Below, in pieces: positions 25,250 through 39,245 of a DNA stretch of 64,000 bases. How positions within the stretch are numbered: position 1 is the stretch's first letter; each line of letters opens with the position of its first letter. A program made the position numbers and the translations under genes. The stretch is from Basidiobolus meristosporus CBS 931.73 (taxonomy: Eukaryota; Fungi; Basidiobolomycota), in contig MCFE01000180.1 in NCBI GenBank assembly GCA_002104905.1, positions 62,001 through 126,000 of the forward strand, written 5' to 3'. The notes under the pieces are model-generated. The model was not told the DNA's origin. It was given only the letters and a program-made list of their open reading frames with translations, and did not search any database.

Positions 25250-26050
25250 CGCAGATTCACAATCCCGCGTGTCAGAGCTAGATCAGCGTAGAAAGGCTGC
25301 AAATAGATATCTATCCATCTAAGGATTGGCAGACTCTCATGGTCCAATAGACTTCTCCCTAGCCGTAGCCACCATTAGCCCACCCGCTGTAGAGAGAAGT
25401 TCAACCAATCCAGGCAGCACCAGCCATTTATAATTCTCAAAGACCATCGGGACCATATTGGATAGTGGGCAGTCTCCATGGATCGAGGGAGGGCCAGATG
25501 CGGATGAGCAGAGGGTTTAGATATCAAGTCATTTGGAAGAGCCTACCCCATCGCGGAGCCTGAAGGAGGCGGCAGGACGAGTCTTCTGCGGATGAATGAG
25601 CACCGGATCAACTATGGTCAAACCCAAGGGAAACACACGCTAGGCCAGTGATGCATAGACTTTGTCCAGCCCACCTTACCGTGCTGGCGCCACCTCATAG
25701 ATCCATGGCTGCATTGGTTTATTCGATGCTCGATGCTCGGGATGAATGCGCTCATCAAGGAACGTAATGCTGGCATCCCGATCAAGTGATCACTCAACCA
25801 GGTGTCTTGGAACAAGTATCACTTCCGGTTGGCCCGTGGTGACGATTCCACACGACAACCCGGTGTCCAGTGCGATGTGGATGTGGATGTGGATGTGGGA
25901 AGGTTCGGCTTGATCGCACACTTGGTTGGCTGAGATTCAATTCACTAAGTGGGACTGCATGTATACCATCTGGTCGCGGTCGATGCAAGCGTCTCAATCA
26001 ACGGTTTCTGATGAGGTGTTGACATCCCGACTGTCCGAGAATAGTCATCC
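25250..26050 (-). other. Probable spliced gene, model unresolved
   Basis: CpG-normal sequence with GT-AG-like signals and short open frames; no family recognised. Confidence 0.25.
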
Positions 26051-26197
26051 TACATGTTCATTGGATCCCACTCTGGGCCCAATCAGTTCGCCTTGTCACG
26101 TCCCATGGCTACCAGTCTTAAAAGCCCAGTGAGCTTCGCGGGGGAAGAGAATCTCCTTCCCTGTGCCTTGGTCCGCCCATTCTTGTTTGCACGCAAC

Positions 26198-26606
26198 ATG
26201 ACTCGCTCTCGAAGAAGCACCAACCCATCCGCCCTGAATCAAGAGCGCCACATTAATCGGTAGGTAGCGCGTGGACCATGACAGGGCAGGTTGACGACTA
26301 AAGTGCTCCACAGAACTGGATACCAGGATCCACGCGGCCTTCCCAAGAAGGAGGGTGGTGGCGGGTTTAACTGGGGACGACCGGTTGACGAACTCGAAGT
26401 GGAGAGCGCGGAAAACTCGGTGGAACTGCAATCGATCACGAGGAAGCGGTCGTTGTCCGACTCGAAACTTCATGTCAGTGCATTTCTGATCGGCTAGCGG
26501 CTGAGCAGCATTTCCTTCCCTCCTCGCCAGCATTGCCCCACTTGCTAAATCCATGTTTTAGGTGGTCGACTCGAAACTCTTCCAGGAGATCAGCAAAACG
26601 AGCTAG
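26198..26606 (+). CDS. STF2/TMA10-like small protein (HABP4/PAI-RBP1-like KKxGxGxxNWG motif); exons 26198-26259, 26314-26473, 26562-26606
   Basis: Spliced: MTRSRRSTNPSALNQERHINRTGYQDPRGLPKKEGGGGFNWGRPVDELEVESAE...KLHVVDSKLFQEISKTS*; GT-AG introns keep frame. Confidence 0.85.
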
Positions 26607-27043
26607 CGGCGCCCCGGCTGGCTGGTTGTTTAGTTAATGCGAATATCTCTTGAATGTCACACTCTGGCCTGATTTGAATTAAAGCGTACTTCTAACAAAC
26701 CAATGCCCATTGGGGACTTCCTCATGATGTTGATATGTGCACGCGAAATGCTAAGCGAGCCAACTCGCCACGGTGGGGGCATGTAGTCCCTCTTGTTCGC
26801 AGCAGTAAAATGATGGCCATGGTCGCATCGCATCCATTGGATCGCGGCTTAGTCAGGTCAGATTAGGCTGCTTCCCGAGATCTGATCTGAAGCACCCAAT
26901 GATCTCGCTGCATGGTCACCTCTTGCTTGCTCAGAAACTTTTGGTGTTGCCAAGCCTATGAAGAGCAATATTACATCACCTCCGAAATCCATATCATGCC
27001 ACAACCAACGTTATGCCGCTCTCTGTTACCTACCAGCGCTTAA

Positions 27044-28435
<1,392 letters not shown>

Positions 28436-28437
28436 TG

Positions 28438-29517
28438 CTAGTAAATAAGGCCATCGGAAGTGTCTATCAGGGCCCATGTAGTGTTCCACGGCACCCCACC
28501 AATCGTCAGGTAGCACTTGAGCTGATCAATTGTACCCGACCCAGCAGTTGGTTGAGCCACAAGTTTTGAATAAAGATCACACATGTGGTCGTGAATCAGC
28601 GTAGAAGTGGCACAGATAACCCTCGCCCTATACCACCAGCCCCGTTTAGAATGGCAGTCATCCTCGGGATACTCCGAGTGAACACCCAATCGCCTGGATG
28701 GGTTGGTGTCTGGCGTATATCGCAAACATCTGCACGGTGTTTGAGATATGCTCTACGGTAATTAATTTAGTTGGCTGAGGCGGCTCGGGATGGCCACTTT
28801 CTGTACCATTGGCGCATTGTTGTTTCTTTCAGACTGACCGAGGAGCACCATCCTCGCCCAATGTAGAATCGCTTGGTACTGAGGCGATTTCCTGGTATTG
28901 TATGAGTCGTATGTATCATGTTCCAGAAACTCATCAGCCATTTAAGCCCTACACGACTCAGGGGGCGCGGTGCCAAATGGGTGGCTATGGCTGGAGTGGG
29001 AAATCAGATGTATCTACGCTATGGGTGACATTGTCGAGCTGGCTCCCCAGTGACCAGGGCTGCGAGTCTATCACGCCACGCATTAGGGGGCCGATCGCTG
29101 AGGAAGGGTTTCTCGCGTTTCGTTAGCGTTTGCCGTATCTAATCTGAGAAAGCCGACTCGTGACACCCAAGCCTTGCACAAGCAGCGGGCTGCTCCTACA
29201 TGACGCTGAGGGGAAGTTCGCAGACGTGGTGAACTCATACCGCCTCGGTCCCTCGACACATGCAGTACCGAAGGAGCGCACCCTCCTTGCATCTATTGGA
29301 GTGCATAGATGATGCAGCCTTCTTCTTAATAGATTCGATCACTCTCATGAAGCAGCCCAGAGCATTTGGGGTAGCACATGCAGCAGAGAGGAATGATCTC
29401 ACAGGATGCAGATATTGTCGCCAGCTGAATAACGGAGGTTGGGATGGGATGAATGAGGGCACTGGCTATTATCCAAATCCAACTTAATTGGATCTCCAAT
29501 GGCCATGGAAGCACCAT
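28438..29517 (-). other. Probable spliced gene convergent with the ArfGAP, model unresolved
   Basis: Several splice-like signals (gtgaga, gtatga, gtcagt; gctaac...cag) and open frames; no family recognised. Confidence 0.3.
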
Positions 29518-29858
29518 CGCTCATTTATACATTGTAGTGTGAATCACAAATGAAAATATATTGATGTTCTATTCCGGTTGTTGATCCGGTCTGATAGTTC
29601 TTGTGCGACGAGGAAAATCATTCTCCACCCATCAAAATCCCGTATCGATATATGAATATGAGCCAGCAGGATATTAACTAAAACCTAATATAAAACTGTC
29701 TCATGGCTGGTTGCTACGGAACTATTTCGCCCTCTTTCTCCAAAAACCCTCCACCTAAAGCATTAGGTGGCAACCACTCATCCGAACAAACAGCTTTCTC
29801 CTCTCCCTTGGCCCATCTTCCTCAACTCCCCTGCTTGACTGTCTTCGTTTTGAACACT

Positions 29859-31429
29859 ATGAACAATGTTACTCATGACTTTCGTCAGGACCCAGATGAA
29901 AAACCTGGCTCCCCTTCTCCCTCACTGACCGACACCAAAAGTAGTACAGTCTCTACCTCACCCATAGCTACTCCGACCCCATCTCGACGACTCAGCTACT
30001 CCTCCAGCTCTACACCACCAAGTCCAGGTACTTTGACTCTGGTTAGCTTGAATTGGTGCTAGGAGGCGTTACTTATGTTTGGTCCCCTTAAAATAGGCGT
30101 CAAAAGCGCACGCGCCTCGCCAAGGTCGCTTCGGCGGTTCGGCTTCATCGATTCCCCGCAACGTATTCCTAAGCTAGAGCCAGAGGAGCGCCCACTTTTC
30201 CCACTTTCCCCGCAAAGAGCTACGCCAGTCAAGCAACCGCCAAAGCCCAGGCCCGAATGGAATAACCATTTTAGCTCCTCTTGGTCCGAACAGTAAGTGT
30301 CATCACAATTGGTTGTCTGAGGGGATGATGGCTTATCCAAGCTTTGCGAACTAGGGGAAAGGCCGGCGGCCCAGGAATGTCGCCAAGGGTACGAACCCCA
30401 AGCTTGGTAGGCCCAGAGACGACAGTCACTAACAAATTGGCGGAGCCGAGGTAAGATACTATGTGGTCACCAAACAACTCGAGTGGCGGCTCATTAACAT
30501 GGGCGACCTTCAGGAGCACGTTGAAACGAAAGAATTCCACCTCAACCCACACGACTGGAGGCTCCGATGACAGCGCACTTGTGGAGGTATGTGTGGTGGA
30601 CAATGGTTAGCTCTTCTGCTCATTAGATTGACCCGCCATATGGATCTAGAAATTGCAACGCAAAGTGAGCAAGCTCCATGACAGGATTGACTCGGGTAAC
30701 TATGAGTGATGTCTCTATAGCGCTGCTCCTCAGGCACTCACCGATCTGACATTTACAGAGATTCAGAAGCGAGACACGCTGTCCCGTAACCTGATGATCG
30801 AGCTAGCATCCCGCAAACGCTTTGAAGCAGAATCGCGTAGCAAGGACCAGACCATCCGAGAACTCCGTAGGTGTTTCCAATGAGCCCTCCCGCGATATTC
30901 ATTGCTAACCCAAGTTGCAGGTACAATGCTTCGCCAGATCTCCCAGAACTACGAAAACCTGGTGATCACCAGCGATCGCTGTGAGCGGGACTTCGACAAT
31001 CGACTCAAGATAGAACGCGAATTTCGAATCCACCTCGAGGGCCAGGTGAAGCAGCTGTCCTCCATGCTGGCCCCCGATGTCATGATCCGGATGCTGGAAG
31101 ACCAACTTGAGGTATTTCATTGGCATGCACGTATTGAGCAACGAGACGGAGGCTAATGAGTGGCCCTTGTAGACCATGGAGATGTACGAGAAGACGATGA
31201 GCCCAGATTCCTGAAGAGAGTTGGGCCGCGATCTCAACCGTCAGCCTTGTGGCCGGTCCACCAGCAGTTTACAGTATCCAGCTCCATAGGCATCGTTCTC
31301 TTTGTATATAACAGATGGGTTACCTCGGATCTCCGGCCCCACGTGTATGGCCTCCCCAACGAAGAGACAATCATCAGCCTGGCAGGCCCAACCAGTGAGT
31401 GTCCGGCGGATGTCGGAATTGTCTGGTAG
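29859..31429 (+). CDS. Hypothetical protein: Ser/Pro-rich N-terminus plus coiled coil, multi-exon; 3' end uncertain
   Basis: Exons join in frame: MNNVTHDFRQ...SPGVKSARASPRS...KPRPEWNNHF...DTLSRNLMIELASRKRFEAESRSKDQTIRELR...ERDFDNRLKIEREFRIHLEGQVKQL. Confidence 0.7.
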
Positions 31430-32380
31430 GGCTAGCGATTTCGCCTAGAAGGGACCTCGCCTCATTCTGATTTTTATTTCTTCCCAGTTGTTTTGGTATC
31501 TTTGTTGCGACCGATTACCTAGTGTGGAATAAAGCAACTCAGGCCAGCCACCACATGTCTTATTATGTCAGCGCCAGTGCATCTTACCAGTGTCCATGAT
31601 GAGCATGTGGCTCATATCGATGTCAGTGACAAAGCACTAATGTCTGGAAGTACTGATTAAAGGCCGAAAGCCTTGTTTTCGCTATTGCACCCAGTACTGC
31701 GCGGACTAGGTCGTCTATGTGCAACCATAGTCAGAGGGTCCTGCATGGACGACTCCCACGGAGCGAGTTGTAATAGTTGAGCCACAGCAATGGCTAACCA
31801 GGAGTCGGAAACCAACTAGCAAATAGCACACCAACTATATCCATTCTTGCTGGAGGATTGCCAGGGTTTCAAAGCGATCTCACCGCCTATCCAACGCCAC
31901 CCACCTCCGGTCTCATTGTGCTACAAACATCCTGGTGAGTGCTTCATTTGCCCCCAGTCTTGATCAGGTGAGCCAGGATGCTCGCACCATCCATCTGCAG
32001 TAGCTGGTGGGTCGGAGTATTCGCAGCCATCCACTCTGTGGCATGGAATCATCTGACTCCACTTGCATTGTAACTAGTGCCCCCAGGGCATGATTGCCAT
32101 GGATGGGATAGAGTTTGTGCGAGTACGACGTACTACAGAATTAAAATCAGCCACCCATGGCTTGTTGGGACTCACCAACATCAATGAAATGTAACTTGCT
32201 ACTGATCACGAAAGCCGTATGCAAACCTACTGGCTCAAGGTTGGATGCACTGGGGGAGTGAAATCCGGTGTGGGTGAGAATATTGCTGTGAGCCTCGAAA
32301 TCGAGGAAACTCAGCTATTTATTCTGGGGGGAGAGGCAGCAAGTCTGGCTGGATTTCTGTCTATCAGCAGCCATCACAGA

Positions 32381-34046
32381 ATGGAAGAATTGCCTGTGGC
32401 TGGCCCAGTCAATTCCCTAACCAAGGAAGTGCTGCTCTATATATTTCAGTGGTTTTCAGGGGATCTCCTTACCCTGGCAAGCTGCTGTTTGGTGTCTCGG
32501 AAATGGAAGCATATTGTGAGGCCGTTGCTCTGGCGCTCCCCCACATTCTGCAAGCTTGGACAATTTGACATCTTCAGAAGAATTATCGTAAATAACCCCG
32601 AAGGTAACTGAACAATTCAGCCTCTCGGCGTCCCTTTATTGGCTAACCCCTTCTGAAGCGGCCAAATTGGTACACCACTTGGATTGTTGTGGGTATCGTA
32701 GGGAGATAATGGCTTATTTGCCCAAGTTGCTGGTTCTCTTTCCGAATCTACGTCGTATCAACCTCCCCGGATTTGCTTCACTATCGCAGCAATCTCTCTC
32801 CAATTCGGGATTGAAGTTCCTAAGGACCCTTGAGAGGATTCACTACGTCGAGTGGATAATCTCGGAAGAAGGAATCGCCATGATGGACATTTTGTTTCGA
32901 GAATGCACTAGCCTGAAAGAGCTGAGTTTGAGGTTGTATGGCTCTACGGGAGTTCCGCTGCCCCTCACCTTCCCAATATCAGACTCCATCGCTTATGTCG
33001 AGTTGACTGGGGATGAATTCGAGGAAACACTAGTACAAGCACTGCTGCAAAAGTTACCCAATTTGTTGGGCTTTCAGTTATGTTCAAACGATGTTCCACA
33101 TAATCTAATTTCGGCTTTGGCAACCAACTGTTTGAAAATAACCCAAATCAAGCTCGAATTCACGGGAACCTATAGTGATGGCCGAGTGCACACACTGCTA
33201 CAGCAAATAATCAAGCATTTCTCTGGGAGGTTGAGTCACTTTGGAATTCTCTTTAGTCCTGAGGCAAGGATAACCATACCCGAGAAACTCTTGGGTCACC
33301 TATGGAAAGCGTTAACGTGCGCGCAGCGTTTCTCACTATCGCACTTTGACCTGTCACAGATGCTGATCTCTTTGGCGAGACATCAGCATTGCCATTTAAA
33401 GGACCTGGAGCTAATGTATATATCGAAAGAGGCCGCTCCCCTGGCCAGCTGGAAGAGATTTTTGTATTCATGTGGAAGCAGCCTCGCCACACTCTCCATT
33501 TCATTTAGTAAGCTGCCCGTTGATCTGGGCGAGGTTATTGGCAAGTACTGTCCAAATTTGGCCGAGATCTCCCTGTGTTTTACCAATATTTCTGATTCAA
33601 GCGTGATTCCAATTGTGCAAAAATGCCACAAACTACGTAAACTTGACCTGAATACCACCAACATAACAGTTCACGCGGTGGAGGCGATCAGCGAGTGCTG
33701 CAATCAGCTAGAGTTTCTTATGCTCGATAGAGCTAACAATGAGGTCAGCCCATCAGAGGTCTGCGCATTTTCCTCCCTCCTGCAGCGGAACGGAAGTCAC
33801 ATCCGAAGATTAGGCTTGGCGGGGTGGACAATGACCGATGGACTACTGCGGTTGATAGCCGAAAACGCACCGTTCATCAAGGAGCTGCGTATTACTAACA
33901 GTGAGTATGTGACGGATCTAGTACTGGAATTCCTTATAGAAAAGTGCATCTATCTAAATCGGCTGCATATCATCGGGAACTCGGAAGTTGCGGGAATCTC
34001 TGCCAACTTACTCAAGAGATGCGATCACATTTATTCATGCAATTAA
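32381..34046 (+). CDS. F-box/leucine-rich-repeat (RNI-like) protein; exons 32381-32603, 32659-34046
   Basis: F-box LTKEVLLYIFQWF..LASCCLVSRKWK; LRRs CPNLAEISLCFTNISD, CHKLRKLDLNTTNIT; intron gtaact...ctaac...gaag keeps frame. Confidence 0.92.
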
Positions 34047-34694
34047 ATTACGGGTTCACAGCCAGTTTACCCGACTAAATACTCGGACATCCGCATTTTG
34101 CATACCATTGATCTTATTCGAAAGCGGGTGCTAATAAAGTTCTTGGCCTTTCTAACAACACAAGACAAGTGCGTCTTTATTAAATGAATGCAACGGATCC
34201 CCGATTGGTTGTTTGGGACTTTGAGGAGTTACTGATATAGGTCGGCTTGATATTCATAATCAAGAAACTGAAAGCGAGCGATAGGAATATATGAAGTAGA
34301 CTGAGAGTACCATCGCTTCCGGAGCGAAACTGAAGGAGGACGGGTGTTCCGAGAGGAGGCCGATGATAACGGACCAGCGAGAGTGAGGTTAGCGTAGAAC
34401 AAGCCCAAGTGGGAAATATCACCGCGAATCCAATAAAATCATTGCGCGTAGGGGAAAAGTATTGAGGAAACGCACTGGCGAGTTGGACCCGGGGACTGTA
34501 GCAATCTGCGGTACCGCAACAACATCGAGTACCGGTTCAGCAACCCGAAAGCGATCCAATTGTTGAATCAATTTTGGAGGTCTTAGAGTGTTCATGTGAA
34601 GTAAAGATGCAGTTCAGTAAGTGAATTAGAATATCCGCCTCTGTGGTCGTTATATACTAAGGCTGAATCCAATTTGGCTCCTCCAATCTAACCG

Positions 34695-35780
34695 TCAGAA
34701 ACTCCGAATTTCTATGATTTCGGTCTTGACCATCTCCATTGCCTGATCAAATCCCAAAGGTAGTAAAAGCCCATGATATCACATTGATTGACGGTGGTGT
34801 GTTGTCATGGCTCTAAGCCACCCCTTGGGCCAGGCTCGTCACCAGTTTGGTTGGGGTTGGTTTGTTCCAGAAGATGACATCCATCATGCATTCAACGATG
34901 GTTCGTACTCCTTTGAGGTTGAGATGAGGCTACTGGCATCAGATCATGCAGTGCTGACCAACCATCGGCATCCGCACCCACTCACCAATCCAACAACTGG
35001 GCTTAGCCCAATAAGCGCACCCCAAATGTTGATGAACCTTGAAAGCCGCTACTGGATTTCCCTTTATGGTGTTGGGGGAGCTGACGTACAGTGGCCCAAT
35101 TAATGGTGAGTTTCAAGATTGATCCAAATGTCTGCCTTATCTATACTAATTACTTACCATGTATGAATTCATCGGGCCATAGACCACCACCAATCACATG
35201 GTAATGAGATACCACTGTGGATGGCTCAACTCCCAAGGCAAGTCCAGCGCCGCCGTGCGGTCTGATGTGTGACTGCTCGCAAGGTGTCATTCTTGTGGTC
35301 ATCGTGTTTGCAACCTACCGGAGATGAAACCTTTTGCGTCATACTTCGTTTTTGGTTAGCAGAATCTATCTAGCGGAATATCCTTGCCAGCCTAGTCAAT
35401 CCTCCGCTATTTAGCATCTGATAACGAAAGCTTTGCTCCACATATATTCACTCATATACACTAAAACGATCACCCCTAGCATCATCACTGGTCTACCATT
35501 CATCATCATCATCATTTCCTAATCTACTGGGGTGAGAGAGAACCTTCAAAAGGTACTACTCCCTATTTGGCCACAACCTAGTCCTTGGGCGCAACCTTAA
35601 CCAGCAAACGGATCTATTGGTAGAACAATTCCTTATCGGTAAGAGCACTGAGATTTGGCATCGACACTTCACTGTTCAAGTTATACAGACCACACTAACT
35701 CCAATTCTGCTGGCACAATCAGGAACACGCTTGAATGGTACATTTTAAGGTTTTGACTTTGAACGAATTTAGTGAATCTT
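34695..35780 (-). other. Probable small multi-exon gene, unknown family; 5' end unresolved
   Basis: Four exons can be joined in frame: ...YDAKGFISVVSHYHVIGGGLWPDEFIHVAAFKVHQHLGCAYWAKPSCWIGVRTIVECMMDVIFWNKPTPTKLAMEMVKTEIIEIRSF*; donors gtaggt, gtaagt, gtgagt. Confidence 0.4.
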
Positions 35781-36293
35781 GGGGCAGTTCAGTCACACAC
35801 GTTTTCCAGATGCTAATATGGATTTAGCCGTATACTACTCTATAATTGATGGCCACTCTCAAGAGTCTACCAATGGCGCTACGGTGACAAAGCGTCGGAC
35901 TATTTTTAAATGGCAATTGGCCACAAAGGTAGAGCTCGCAAAGTACAACTGGAGAGGGAGTTAGGAAATGCGAGGGTATCTGTAGCTAGCCATAACGGGT
36001 AGCTCATAAACAGCTGAATGGCAAGTATTGGACTACACGTCCTTTCAGTATTCCGTATTAATGTATAATCCTCCTGGCACAGAGCCTAACAACTTGAGTA
36101 GAACTAGCATGCCATTACCGTAGTAATGATCATATCTTTCCATCGTAGTCGTTTGCAATGACTTCGAAAGATTATACGGAATCCAGGGGTTTTTAGATGT
36201 CTGAGTTTACGAAAGATTATGCATTCATTGAATGCACATTCCACTATTTATTTACTCCGCGTTGATATCATGTGTTTCACCAATCTACCCTCA

Positions 36294-38153
36294 ATGGAAA
36301 GCACAAATAATTCACCCCGATGGCAGCTAGAGAAATACTCACGTTGCTACGACGGCTCCCAAAACTGGAATCATGTAACGCATATGAATATGTATCTAGT
36401 AGTCGACTCCTCCATCTTCAACATGAAAGTCCTCATTGAAGGCGATCAAGGGTCAAAAAACGAATCAGTAATATTGGTAAATGGATACTATCTAGATGCA
36501 AAGAGCCATTTACAAAGCCCTATTTTCTGCAGGAAAACCATTGTCTGAAAGCTTCGTCAACCAACGAATCCCATCTGAAGGTTATAGCGAAAGGGGTGAC
36601 GTTAGGGTTTCGTTACCAGTTTAAAACAACTAGTGTAACATAATGCTCTCTAGATCCATCATATCCAAATTATTTATTTTTGACAATGGTAGTTAGTGGA
36701 GCAACGAAAGTTTCAACTTCGATTCAAAGAAGAGCGAACATGCCTCAATTGTGTCGACTTACTTGCTAGATATATGACGTGTAAAAGGGTATTCAATCGA
36801 CCCATGGCTGCTGGTAAAATCTCCGCTAGGGAATCTTTAGGATCATTTATCTTCTCTGAAGATACATTTCCACCATCACAAAGCCAGTCACAATCTTTTT
36901 CCCAGGTGGAGGGAATGGAGTCAAATCCGAATATCGACTTTGAGCACAGCACCGGAAGTTCTCAGAGTGGAGGAGCATCGGTACCTCAAAATAAGGACAA
37001 TCAAAGCCAATCTACCTCTTTGCAGGAGCAAAAAGCATCCACCAGCATACCAGATAAACAACAGAAAGCTCTAGACAGTCATGTGGAACCTAAACTGAAT
37101 ACCCAATTGCCAATAGAGACGTTCAAATCCAATCCGGATACAAGGCAAGACAGCTTATACTTCCACTCCCCGAAGGAGGTGTCCGCAAGGCCTATTATTC
37201 AGCCATCCTTCGAGCGGAATCCATCATCAAGAAATGAAAGCAACAAAAGTTTGGAATCGTGGACAAGCAAGCCCGAGCTCTCGTCAGCAATTTCTACTAA
37301 GCCGATCTCCATATATCCCAATACGAACTTGTCAATCGCCAATCATGCATCACATGTCACTTTTAGTAGTGTGGAATCAGCAGCTACAGTCAACATCAGA
37401 CCACAAGATACTTTGCACCACAAGTGCCCTACTGAACCAAACTCGATCTCAAGTCAAGTGAATACAGGATTTGTTACACCTACCCCTACCAGAGAAGGTG
37501 AGATAGAATTTAGTTTTATGTAAAACATCAAACTGAATAGCATACTTGGATTTTGATGCACTACTTCAGGATCTATCGTTCAGGGTGACTCAAGCATCAC
37601 CACTTTTAACCCTCATCATACTCTGGGCCTAGCGACGCCACGCTCCTTGCAAGCCTCTCAACAACCAACCAACCTCAACCCACATATCACGCAACTTCCT
37701 ATTCAGAATGGATATAATATAGTCTGTTATCAATCTCTTGAGAAAGACCAAATGGTACACAATATGTCCGCACCGGCTGTCTCGCAAGGTCTACAAAAGG
37801 TAGACGAACATACAAGAATGCCTTTAAATGGCGTGAAAAGCGACGGTATCACGTCATTCCAAGCACTATTGGCGGCACCAGAGCTTCCTGGAACAGTTCT
37901 AGATACTCTTCAGTCACCACTAGCTAATCAAAACTCACATACCCAGGTAGCATTGAGAGATACGGAGAATCTACACAATTACAGTGATGAGGAGCTTTTC
38001 AATATGATAGCCGTAATTTTAAAGGACCCAGAATTCCCTCTGTTGGTAAGCACTGGAATCCACAGAAATCACTTCTGAGTATGCTTACATCAATAATTAC
38101 AGGTCGAAAGGGTGGAAAAATTATGGGCATTGAAGATTATTGGGAATTTTTAA
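36294..38153 (+). CDS. REC114: Meiotic recombination protein REC114-like (PH-like N-terminus, disordered linker, helical C-terminal motif), multi-exon
   Basis: N-term WQLEKYSR...WNHV, LKVIAKGVTLGFRY, RKFQLRF...CLNCVDLLARYM; long S/Q/T-rich linker; C-term YSDEELFNMIAVILKDPEFPLLVERVEKLW, matching the Rec114 LxDxxFxxxVxxVE motif as I recall it. Confidence 0.8.
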
Positions 38154-38480
38154 GACACTGCAAGCAAGTGGAGGCTCGAAAGCTGCTCCTGACCAGACAT
38201 GCTATTGTGCACACACTCGTAAAATGGGAATCTTCGCAGCAGCTATACAATCGATAATAATAAAGGCAGAGTATGGTATCATGCTCGTGTTATTCTTAGA
38301 AGTTGGCCATAGATACGATTACATTTGAAGTTCATTTATTCTTTGGATCTCCTATGGCAACATTAAGTACACACCACCAACAGTTGACCTGATCTTGGGT
38401 TGAGGCCAAGTAAATGGGTTGATGGATTGTGGCGGGTGATAAGAATTGTCGCGTAGTACGTAACTGGACATACTAGCTCA

Positions 38481-39245
38481 CTAATACTTGTATTTAGTAG
38501 AGTAGTCCTTGGGAGATACAACCAAACCACGACCTAAACACAAACGATTAGTACCAAAGGTCCGGACGAACTGGCTTCATTATGGGACCCATAGGGGGGG
38601 GGTTACCTTTACGTGCCCCGCGATACACGGTTTCAACAATATCGATCATCTCCTGTTTATCCTCCAAAGCCCAGTTGATCTTGTTGTTGTTACCGGTTCC
38701 TAAATCAATCATGATGTGCTTGTTACGGAAGAAAAACATAGTGGTACATGGATCGTATAGTTCGTACATCTACAACATAGCAGTAAGTGAGTTACCGAGT
38801 TTGGGAAAGCCGGCACACTATTGGCAATTGTACCTTGTTGAAATCGGGGACCTCAGTGATGTCGACCAAGAATATGACCGCGAAATTCTTGACCTTCTCG
38901 GCGATTCCGTAAAGGATCTCGTCCATCTTCATGCACGTGGGGTCCTGGTCGAAGAATTGTTAGGAACGGGGTTCGTAAACGGAGCCGGTACCAGTACTTA
39001 CCCAATCGTGACCAAAGCGTATGACAACTACACGATCCTCCTCTGAGAGAATGGCCTGATCCACTTGCCAACCTAGGAAAAGGGGAAACACAGCTCTAGT
39101 CACTCACGAACCCAACCATGCTCAAGAATACGAAAAGAAAATACCGTTGGTAAGATGGGGAAGAAAGTACGACTATCAGAGGAGTAAGCGAGTCAGTAAG
39201 AAACGTCGAAGCTGTACCTGTCTTCTACTTCGTTCAACTTACCAT
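38481..39245 (-). CDS. DIB1: U5 snRNP thioredoxin-like protein DIM1/Dib1 (TXNL4A); 6 exons, first coding exon is only ATG
   Basis: Spliced: MSYFLPHLTNGWQVDQAILSEEDRVVVIRFGHDWDPTCMKMDEILYGIAEKVKNFAVIFLVDITEVPDFNKMYELYDPCTTMFFFRNKHIMIDLGTGNNNKINWALEDKQEMIDIVETVYRGARKGRGLVVSPKDYSTKYKY*. Confidence 0.97.

Noticed and set aside
26096-26554. 152-aa minus-strand ORF
   Set aside because: Antisense shadow of the STF2-like gene.
32219-32380. Upstream extension of the F-box ORF (ATG 32219)
   Set aside because: The F-box begins just after ATG 32381; the extension has no recognisable features. Cannot be excluded without transcripts.
34807-35103. Plus-strand ORF with a MATH-like ending (FGWGWFVP...SFEVEMRLL)
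   Set aside because: Resemblance is short, and strong splice donors fit the minus strand better.
35610-35660. TAG-interrupted protein-like frame (MPNLSALTDKELFYQ*IRLLVK) suggesting stop-codon reassignment
   Set aside because: TAG terminates clear genes in this window (26606, 38481, 55780); the frame is probably spurious or intronic.
38582-39046. 154-aa plus-strand ORF
   Set aside because: Antisense to DIB1 exons and introns.
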